In this document: in pieces, positions 15,438 through 23,095 of the stretch
How positions within the stretch are numbered: position 1 is the stretch's first letter
Layout of the letters: each line of letters starts with the position of its first letter
Assembly (NCBI GenBank): GCA_964645535.1
Contig: CAZYCQ010000052.1
Span: 1 to 23,095 of the forward strand
From: an uncultured archaeon
Lineage (GTDB): Archaea > Asgardarchaeota > Heimdallarchaeia > Heimdallarchaeales > Kariarchaeaceae
DNA length: 23,095 nucleotides
Reading direction: 5' to 3'
Notes under the pieces: model-generated
Seen by the model: the letters and a program-made list of their open reading frames with translations, nothing else
What the model was told of the DNA's origin: nothing
The model's database searches: none
Program-made: the position numbers and the translations under genes

Positions 15438-17924
15438 TCACCCAATTTGACGTTTTTTCAGTCCCAAAAACGCAAAACCACCTCCCTTGAGAAGAAGCAA
15501 TGCATAGATGACCAATGCCAAAGGGTTTCGGAATACAAGATTAAATGCCATTGCATCAGGAAAGAAAAGCCGAAAACCCATCATACTGAGATTAATGATG
15601 ATGACTTCAACCGAATAGTAGATCAATAATCCGAAGGAAAGGTCTCTAGACTTATAACCTATATAATAAAAAATATCTTTCAATTGATTAAAGATATGAG
15701 AGAACAGAACATTGCCATAAATTACCAAGAAAATCAACAGCATGATTACAAATGAAACATATTGAAACCTTGATACCTCAGACAGATATATCAATAATTT
15801 GTTTGCAGAAATGACATCATCTTTTGAATGGATCAAATAAGTGGATATCCCATATTGCGTCAAGGATGAGTTGATGGAAAGAAGGGTGGCTTTTGCGTTA
15901 AATTGGGAATTTAGGTAAAGAAAAGCACTGAAGGTTTCATTTCCTTCAATTGCCCCAATCAATCCTCTGTCTCCAGTATGAACAACAAAATCACCTTCTT
16001 TCAAACCCCTATAAGCATTGATTATTCCAGTTTTGGATTTGGTAAGTTGGTCAATGGTAAATACGATTGGTTGCCCATTTATGAAACCCGATATGCTATC
16101 GCCTGAAATGAAGCCATAGTAGTCTGATGTAAATTTGTCAAGTATTAGATCCTGCTTACTTGACATTGAATTCCCAGGAGCCAGAAGCTGAAATGAATGG
16201 TAATAAAAAAATCGTAATCTCGAAAGGGAAGATTTATAGAGGAATTCAAAATCATGGGCTTCAATCACCTCTATCTCATAGTCCTTAGCAAATTCCCGCT
16301 CAATCTCTTCCAACACAGTGGCATTTCGGACAACGGGGATCTCAACAAGGAAATCAGTTGGATAGGTGGATTCTATCTCCTGGTTTACCTTGGAAGAGGT
16401 GGTCTCAACAACAGTCAATGGATAAATGGCAGAAACAACAATGATGGACAGAAAGATGAGATTAACCACAGACAATCTCCTCAAATGGCGAAAAATGAAA
16501 ATTGCAAAATTCAGTGATTTTGCAGGTGGTTTAGGAATTATAAAACTCAATTTTGAAACACACAAATGCATCGTGATAAGAAAGACAATGAGAACAAGTA
16601 AAAAGAGAAAATAATCTGAATCGACAACGATCATGAAAAATCCATTCATGACAAAAATGCCTGACAAGACAATGGCGAAGAGACCAATGAGATAGAAAAA
16701 CAAGGGAGCACGAACATGAGACCAAGAGCTTACAGTAAAGATAAATTCCAAGGCCAACGTCAACAAGTTGAATTCCAGGATCAAGACCATTTCATTATAT
16801 TCGAAGATCGAACCTGAAGTCAAGGCAAATGCAAAAATAAAACCTGCGATATGCCCGATCGTTATCACCAATAATTCAAAATAATTGGATCTGCGTATCA
16901 ATGCCGGTTCCAGACCAAGCAATTTCGCGGTTTCAGCAACCCTTCTGCGGTAGTCCCGAACCTGTTGCACAAACATTGCGTTGATCACGCCGACCAGTAA
17001 AAACAGGTTGACCAAATAAATAATCAAATTCAGCTCGGCAATGAACAGTATGCCATCGATTTCATTATCTTTATCTTCCGCCAAGAAAAGCCGGAACAAA
17101 ATATTCCTGTCTGAGCCCAAGTACCGATCCAACAACACCCCCAAACGTCCAGACCTTCGTTGCAGAAGATCCCTAACCTCCCGATATTTCAGGACACCGA
17201 CACCGGAAAAATCAAAATCAACCATGATCAAAAACTTGAGCAAAGAATCGGAGATTGTCCTGTTAGAAAGAAAATACTCCGCAGTTTCGACCAGAGCATC
17301 CATTTTGGCGAGAACAATTACAGGAGCGCGATCAAAGAAAGTCAGCTCATCAAGCAATATCAAACCATCTTCAGGACTAATTGTCCCATAGTTCGAAATC
17401 TCTTGAAACAAACTACCACTTTTACCAAAGACAGGTGAATCAATGACTAAAGTGTCATTATGTTGCAAATAATCTGAAAAAGCCTCATTAGCCAGAAATA
17501 GAAAATCAATCCCAGAATCTTCTTCTGCAATCTGATTGAAAATGTCATTCGGAACACCAATGATCATGCCTTCATGAAAAACAGTGTTGGAGGCATTTTC
17601 AAGCGACGAATTGTCCAATAAATCAGAAATCGTCGTTCTCATTGAAATGAGCGTTGTTGTTCCAAACTTAATACCAATATCACCTATTACCTCCATTAAT
17701 GCCCTTGTTGCATTTTGTTCGATATTCACAATTTCTTCAGGATACTTGAAATCACCATAGATACTGATATCACTGTTGATCTGCCCTTCCTCTTCAATGG
17801 GAGTCGCGTCCAATGCCTGCATCGTATTAATCCCAGGGATGTTTATCAAGAGAGAAATAGAAATGGAAAGGACAAACAGCGGAAGAATTATTCTTTTCTT
17901 TAAGACCAGCGAAAAGTCAATCAT
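15438..17924 (-). CDS. Large FtsX/MacB-type ABC permease with duplicated architecture
   Basis: Pattern of TM, large extracytoplasmic domain and TM cluster occurs twice, with LLGLEPALI / YIGYKSRDL loops, directly upstream of two ABC ATPases. Start is uncertain (ORF open to 17978). Confidence 0.75.
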   Translation of the reverse strand: MIDFSLVLKKRIILPLFVLSISISLLINIPGINTMQALDATPIEEEGQINSDISIYGDFKYPEEIVNIEQNATRALMEVIGDIGIKFGTTTLISMRTTISDLLDNSSLENASNTVFHEGMIIGVPNDIFNQIAEEDSGIDFLFLANEAFSDYLQHNDTLVIDSPVFGKSGSLFQEISNYGTISPEDGLILLDELTFFDRAPVIVLAKMDALVETAEYFLSNRTISDSLLKFLIMVDFDFSGVGVLKYREVRDLLQRRSGRLGVLLDRYLGSDRNILFRLFLAEDKDNEIDGILFIAELNLIIYLVNLFLLVGVINAMFVQQVRDYRRRVAETAKLLGLEPALIRRSNYFELLVITIGHIAGFIFAFALTSGSIFEYNEMVLILEFNLLTLALEFIFTVSSWSHVRAPLFFYLIGLFAIVLSGIFVMNGFFMIVVDSDYFLFLLVLIVFLITMHLCVSKLSFIIPKPPAKSLNFAIFIFRHLRRLSVVNLIFLSIIVVSAIYPLTVVETTSSKVNQEIESTYPTDFLVEIPVVRNATVLEEIEREFAKDYEIEVIEAHDFEFLYKSSLSRLRFFYYHSFQLLAPGNSMSSKQDLILDKFTSDYYGFISGDSISGFINGQPIVFTIDQLTKSKTGIINAYRGLKEGDFVVHTGDRGLIGAIEGNETFSAFLYLNSQFNAKATLLSINSSLTQYGISTYLIHSKDDVISANKLLIYLSEVSRFQYVSFVIMLLIFLVIYGNVLFSHIFNQLKDIFYYIGYKSRDLSFGLLIYYSVEVIIINLSMMGFRLFFPDAMAFNLVFRNPLALVIYALLLLKGGGFAFLGLKKRQIG

Positions 17925-17961
17925 TGCCTTCCCTTCAGATTGAACCGAGATGTAAACCACC

Positions 17962-18642
17962 TCAGGGATTTCCCTCAAACGATCGTTTCCTCATTCGCTT
18001 GTAAATTACGGGCAAAACAATAATGAGGAACAGAACCGCAATGACCAAATTTCTGATGAAAATATATCGATCGACGTAATCAACCGCCTCTTTTGGTGGT
18101 GTCAGATCACTTGTCTCCGTAAATGGAAGAATAACAGGGCCGGTGGTTTTTGCAAAGGTGGCTGAATATGAATCTCTCCAAAAACTCCCCTGCTTGAAAT
18201 TGTAACCGACAAGGGTTACGGAAACAACGACTTCCACAACAGACTGTGATTCCACCACCACCTTATTGTCAAGAGCAAGTGTTTTCAATACAGTGATTTC
18301 AAACATATTCCCGCTCGCATTGCGGATCTCAAAACCATCCCAGATCGCACTTGAACCGACCGCCACCTCTTCCGAACCAATGTCCACAAAATGATGAATG
18401 TAGATGCCATCCACTTGAAAACTCGAAATGTTTTCCCAAGATCTGCTTAAATCAAATTCAACAGTCATCTCGACCGAAAAATCACTGCCGACAGCTATTT
18501 CTTTGCTTGAATAAAGAAGAACATAACTTGCAAAATAATCATCTGTACTCAGGTCATTGCTGATTTCAAATTGACCTAATTGGGCATTGGAAAACGTACC
18601 CATCATGAGAAGAAACAACACCAGCAGGAATTTTATTTTCAC
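17962..18642 (-). CDS. Type I membrane-anchored extracellular protein, first gene of the ABC operon
   Basis: Signal peptide, beta-rich body, C-terminal TM (LVIAVLFLIIVLPVIY) followed by KRMRKR. Confidence 0.82.
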   Translation of the reverse strand: MKIKFLLVLFLLMMGTFSNAQLGQFEISNDLSTDDYFASYVLLYSSKEIAVGSDFSVEMTVEFDLSRSWENISSFQVDGIYIHHFVDIGSEEVAVGSSAIWDGFEIRNASGNMFEITVLKTLALDNKVVVESQSVVEVVVSVTLVGYNFKQGSFWRDSYSATFAKTTGPVILPFTETSDLTPPKEAVDYVDRYIFIRNLVIAVLFLIIVLPVIYKRMRKRSFEGNP

Positions 18643-18829
18643 ACAATCATGGAAATTCCATTTCTATTTTTGTTTTTCGAAAAAAGCGAAAAAATTTTTT
18701 AAAAACAAAATGATCGACCATGGCGACATTCCACAATCGTGCACCCTAGATGAAAAATAAAAGCACACCCTGCACCACACACAGAATTCCAGCAGTAAGG
18801 AATATAAACCACAATAGCGAAAAAAATAC

Positions 18830-19384
18830 ATGGAAGGCATTCAAAAATGGCTGAAGATATCGGCCTATGCAAATTTCCTTCAACCACTTGTCATCATGTC
18901 CACATATCCATTATTCGGCTTCTTACTCGGTCAATTCCCCACCATCACAGTATTTCTTCTCCTCTTGGCAGACCTTGCCATCAACATCATCACCTTCTAT
19001 CATGTCGCAAATGCCAGCCACCATAAAAATCGGATACCCATATTCATCACCCTGTTTGCAATCAATTCCCTAGCGACAAGGATATCCTTCGTCCAATCCG
19101 ACATTTCCTTTCTCCAAGAAACCTATTTCCTCACATTGGGGATGGGAAGCCTGTTCTTTGGAATGGCTCTCCTCACTGCCGCAAGCGGACAGACCACGGG
19201 AAGGAACCTGAAAATCGTAGCCACCATCCACCTCATTACAGCACCGATATGGATCTGGTTGGTCTTGGAAACCCCGATGTCGGAAACTCAGGCCACCATC
19301 CGCATTATCGCAGTCATAGTCCCACTTCTCATCGCCAAAATACTATTCATCCCCCTATTTTCAGGATACGTCTTCCTCAAATGA
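18830..19384 (+). CDS. Polytopic membrane protein (paralog B), probably C-terminally truncated by TGG>TGA
   Basis: Shares KWxKxxAxANFL, LLA(E/D)LxIN, FxINS, FGMxxLT, NLKxVAxIH, IWxWL and YVFxK with 12224..12931. In-frame ELYP follows the stop. Confidence 0.8.
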   Translation: MEGIQKWLKISAYANFLQPLVIMSTYPLFGFLLGQFPTITVFLLLLADLAINIITFYHVANASHHKNRIPIFITLFAINSLATRISFVQSDISFLQETYFLTLGMGSLFFGMALLTAASGQTTGRNLKIVATIHLITAPIWIWLVLETPMSETQATIRIIAVIVPLLIAKILFIPLFSGYVFLK

Positions 19385-19430
19385 GCTGAAAACATCACCC
19401 TGCAAAACCATCGGGAACTCTATCCAATAC

Positions 19431-20750
19431 CTAATCCGAAATTACCGCTGCAAAAGGGGAAGAAACCGACCGATACCTCAGAAACAACGCAACCGAAACA
19501 AGAATCCCGACTGCAATCACACCAATAGTATAGAACGTCATCGGGTCATGAGACCAGATATAGACCAAGAAGACGGGAACCGATATGAGAATGGCAACCA
19601 AGGCAATCACAGGAAAAAGCCGATTCGCATTCACCTCAGGAGATCTGTAGGCCACATAATTGCCCACACCAAAGATCGTCAGAAAGGCAATCGAGGCAAA
19701 GGAGGAGATCTGCAAAAGACTGCCGAAAAATGTGAACACAACAGTAATCAATGTCAACACAACCAGACTCATATACGGAATGTTCTCTGACGTCCGTCTC
19801 GCAAATACACCAGGAAGATCACCAGATTCAGCTATCGTCGTGGCAAGCCTCGAAGTCCCGAACAACGTCGCATTGATGGCCGAGGCCGTGGAAAAAAGAG
19901 CTGTGATCACCACAACAACATATGCCACACGACCCACAAACGCACCCGGAAGAACTCGAGTCGCTGCATACGCAAGAATGGTGTCATCGTACTTCAAAAG
20001 CTCATCAGGGGTGACAACACTCGAAACAACCACAACAATCAACATATAGATAAACGTCGCACTCAAAATGGTAATGTAAACACCCCTCCGAAAATTCTCC
20101 TCACGATTGTCAATCTCCGAATATTCATAACTCAAAAGCTCAAAACCCTCAAAACTTACAAAAATTACCGGAATCGCCAACAAAGCACCAACTAGACCAC
20201 CATCATTCGAGATCGTCCCGAAAAACGAAAGATCCCCAGAAACTGCAATAAAATACAAACCTGCAAAACCAAAAACAACAAGAACAAAAATCTTGAACGC
20301 AACCAATATGTCCTCTGTCACTCCGGACTCCTTCACACCCTTCAGATTCAACAAAAGAAAAAACAACATCACACCAACCGAAAAAAAGGAACGGGGAAGC
20401 ACAATCAAAGGATCAAACAAAAGCTTCGCAAACGCTCCAAAGGCATACGAATAAAGAGACATCGTCCCAACATAACCAACCAAAAGAATCCAACCATTAT
20501 ATACAGCCCAAAACTCATTCGAAATCAAATCATTCATGAACGTAAACGTACCACCGTCCTTCTTCAAATACGACTCAATGCAAACAAAGGAATACCCGCT
20601 GATGAAAGCAATCACACCTGCCAACAAAAACGATAACACCGCATAATTCCCCGCTATGCCAACTGCAAGACCCAAAGCGGCGAAAATGCCACCACCTATC
20701 GTCCCACCAAGACCCATCGCAACAAGCTCCTTCAACTTCAATCGATCCAT
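19431..20750 (-). CDS. APC-superfamily amino acid permease
   Basis: TM1 GLGGTIGGGIFA, GGTFTF, LNLKGVKESG, FVSFEGFE, SAINATLFGTSRL and GDLPGVF; about 12 TM segments. Confidence 0.93.
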   Translation of the reverse strand: MDRLKLKELVAMGLGGTIGGGIFAALGLAVGIAGNYAVLSFLLAGVIAFISGYSFVCIESYLKKDGGTFTFMNDLISNEFWAVYNGWILLVGYVGTMSLYSYAFGAFAKLLFDPLIVLPRSFFSVGVMLFFLLLNLKGVKESGVTEDILVAFKIFVLVVFGFAGLYFIAVSGDLSFFGTISNDGGLVGALLAIPVIFVSFEGFELLSYEYSEIDNREENFRRGVYITILSATFIYMLIVVVVSSVVTPDELLKYDDTILAYAATRVLPGAFVGRVAYVVVVITALFSTASAINATLFGTSRLATTIAESGDLPGVFARRTSENIPYMSLVVLTLITVVFTFFGSLLQISSFASIAFLTIFGVGNYVAYRSPEVNANRLFPVIALVAILISVPVFLVYIWSHDPMTFYTIGVIAVGILVSVALFLRYRSVSSPFAAVISD

Positions 20751-21339
20751 GCAAATATCTCAACAAAAAACTGATTAATAACTCCTCCCAAAAATCACCC
20801 ACAAAACAACGCTCAAAACCATTTCAGCCCTTCAATGATCCCCGCGACAGAGAACATCGACAAAACTGCACGGCGAACCGTACCCATGACCGAACTGACA
20901 AGAAAACCCCAATTTATGCATATGTGGAGGTATTTGCAAGCCCTAAACCCCTAAACACGGGAACGGACTGCATTGGCAGACTGAACCTGAGCCACGGTAA
21001 AATCCTGAGATTCTTGAAAAGGTAAATATTCCGAACCGAATGAGAACGAAATTGGGTTCGTTAAGGAATTCATGAAATGGAAAGGTTCCCTTCACATAAA
21101 TGGATTTTTTACATCAAACGACAGATCAATTATGTCCCTCCTTCCTCTTCACTGATACGCAACTCCTCCACAAATGCCACTCCAACACGTGACCCACCTT
21201 GGAGATGTGACCTTGATGCCATTGACGAAAAGGAAACGGTGAATTTTCGCGCTGATACCCAGAATTGAATAAACGCCCAATGAAGGTAAACAGACAAATT
21301 TTTACATCTCTCCGTCAGGACTGATCGGGGATTTTCATA

Positions 21340-21846
21340 ATTGTTATCTATGTAGTAGATACCTCCTCACTTATCGCATTCAATGAGTTTTACCAAAAAC
21401 AAATGACACCGAAAATCTGGCAATGTTTTGAGAACCTCATCGCAAACGGCAAGGTGATAATTCCCAAAGATGTCGAGCTCGAGCTTGTGAAGGATTCGGA
21501 GGTGAAAGAACTGGTGAAAAAACATCCCAAAATCGTCCAAGATACTGTAGAAATGGCGGATGAACTTACGAAGGTCATGCGGGATTTTCCTTATATCCCA
21601 CCACGCAACCGAACCAAAGAAACCTACGCGGATCCCGTGGTCATAGCCTTGGCACTATCAATCATAAAACAAGGATCCCTTGTGGAACGCAAGGTTTTTG
21701 TCGTCAGTCAGGAGACAAGCAGGAAAAGCTACAGCATCCCAAGTATGTGCAAGCATTATGACATACCCCTTATCAGCATTCAGGATTTAATTAGACAAAA
21801 TTGTGAGGAATCTACGAAATCTAAATCAAGTACAGAAGTGCAATAG
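21340..21846 (+). CDS. DUF4411-like PIN-domain protein (putative nuclease toxin); start codon non-canonical or lost
   Basis: In-frame YVVDTSSLI upstream of ATG 21403, then IWQCFENLIANGKVIIPKDVELEL, ADPVVIALA, VVSQE and IPSMCKHYDI. Confidence 0.82.
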   Translation: MVIYVVDTSSLIAFNEFYQKQMTPKIWQCFENLIANGKVIIPKDVELELVKDSEVKELVKKHPKIVQDTVEMADELTKVMRDFPYIPPRNRTKETYADPVVIALALSIIKQGSLVERKVFVVSQETSRKSYSIPSMCKHYDIPLISIQDLIRQNCEESTKSKSSTEVQ

Positions 21847-21850
21847 GAAT

Positions 21851-22948
21851 ATGGGCGCTAAGATGGTCGATGTCGATGTCAATGTGGTGATCAAGATCAT
21901 CGACCAATCAAACAAAAGAGATGAGCTGCCGAAGCAATTGAAACAGTTGCTCCCGGAATGGGAATCCGGAAAGAAAAAACCCACCATCTCACAATTGAGA
22001 ATCCTGGCAAGATCCCTCAAGCGTCCTTTCGCCGAATTTTTCATGCAAGAACCGTTACCCGATCCCTCTGCCGACACAAGGCGTTACAGGTTCAACGATA
22101 CAATCCCCCTTAGTTTCAAAAGCAGCCTTGCCATACGAGACGCAAATGCACATCTGGAAGAGCTTGTGGAATTGTTGGAAGAACCCATTGCAATCCTTCC
22201 AAAGGCAAGCATCAAGGACGACCCAAAAACAATTGCCGAAACCTTGAAGCAGAAATTCAAATTGCACATTGCCAGAAAAAACGCAAAGGACAAAAGAGAA
22301 TATTTCAAAATCGTTCGGAATATTCTAGAAAACAACGGGATATTCGTCTTCCAATATTCACTCCCCCTTGATGAATTGAGAGGATTCAGCATCTGGAACG
22401 ACAAAGCCGCAGTTATAGCATGCAGCACCAAAGACGAACCTGAATCAAGAACATTCACCCTCATGCATGAACTGGGACATCTCATCCTCCGTAACCATGG
22501 AATATGTGACATCCAGCTGAAAGTCGAATGGAATGACGTCGAAACATGGTGCAACAGATTTGCAGGATACATCCTCATCGATATCAATGAAACATTGAAG
22601 CAGGAAATAACCAGAAAACTGAAAGAATTGAACATAGGAAAAGTCGTCGAGAAATATGCCAGCCATTTCAAAGTAAGCAAGGCCGCAATCGCAAAGCAAC
22701 TTGAAATCATTAAACTCATCAGCCACCAAGAATTCATTGAATACATGAAAAGACCTTATCCAGAAAAAAGAAAAAAAGGAGGAACTGGACAGCATGCATA
22801 TGAAAAAACTCTCAACAGGTTCGGAGCAAACTACATCAACATGATCCTTGAAGGATATGACCAGAAAAAACTGTCACTCATCCATACCATGCAAATCCTC
22901 GACCTAAAAAAAAGAAAGGATTTCAACATGCTTCTTGAAACACTCTAG
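21851..22948 (+). CDS. XRE-type HTH plus ImmA/IrrE (peptidase M78, COG2856) metallopeptidase
   Basis: WESGKKKPTISQLRILA...PFAEFF HTH remnant; LRGFS; RTFTLMHELGH (HExxH); ETWCNRFAGYILI; FKVSKAA. Confidence 0.92.
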   Translation: MGAKMVDVDVNVVIKIIDQSNKRDELPKQLKQLLPEWESGKKKPTISQLRILARSLKRPFAEFFMQEPLPDPSADTRRYRFNDTIPLSFKSSLAIRDANAHLEELVELLEEPIAILPKASIKDDPKTIAETLKQKFKLHIARKNAKDKREYFKIVRNILENNGIFVFQYSLPLDELRGFSIWNDKAAVIACSTKDEPESRTFTLMHELGHLILRNHGICDIQLKVEWNDVETWCNRFAGYILIDINETLKQEITRKLKELNIGKVVEKYASHFKVSKAAIAKQLEIIKLISHQEFIEYMKRPYPEKRKKGGTGQHAYEKTLNRFGANYINMILEGYDQKKLSLIHTMQILDLKKRKDFNMLLETL

Positions 22949-23095
22949 AATGACACCAGCAAAACAGTTGCAAATTCTCCAAATCAAACACAAAATCAAA
23001 GTTATCAGGACGATTCAGGAAAATGAGTATCAAAGTGAACTCCGGAAAATGTAAAAGATTATAATTTTAATGCTAAATTTCAACAAAATACAACC

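Noticed and set aside
13815-18670. 11-bp inverted match AAAATAGAAAT on either side of the ABC operon as terminal inverted repeats
   Set aside because: Short, AT-rich and within promoter regions; no transposase or target-site duplication seen.
20941-20956. ccctaaacccctaaac telomere-like repeat
   Set aside because: Only two units in an A/C-rich stretch; expected by chance.
21077-21268. 63-aa plus-strand ORF
   Set aside because: Short, with no recognisable motif or supporting signals.
22084-22746. 220-aa minus-strand ORF
   Set aside because: Antisense shadow of the ImmA/IrrE gene with no recognisable motifs.

Overview
This is an archaeal window, very probably from an Asgard archaeon (inferred from gene content). 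The left half carries a tightly coupled minus-strand ESCRT cluster: UEV-Vps23 (TSG101-like), Vps28, Vps22/36, Vps4 and Vps25. An uncharacterised small coiled-coil gene follows it, and no ESCRT-III or ubiquitin genes are present in the window. Around the cluster lie a partial ubiX, ZPR1, a membrane-anchored GH13 alpha-amylase, a NOG1-family GTPase and carbamate kinase. Two further candidate eukaryotic-signature proteins are present: a GAF-like plus folliculin/SMCR8-type longin fusion, and a small protein with a WASP/WAVE VCA-like tail (speculative). The right half looks accessory. It holds a decayed duplicate of the arcC 5' end and promoter, and two paralogous membrane-protein genes (one with TGA where the other has TGG) that bracket a cassette of a secreted protein plus a MacB/FtsX-type ABC exporter. 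It ends with an APC permease and a DUF4411-like PIN plus HTH-ImmA/IrrE pair whose PIN gene has no canonical start codon. All family calls come from motif recognition by eye; no searches were run.
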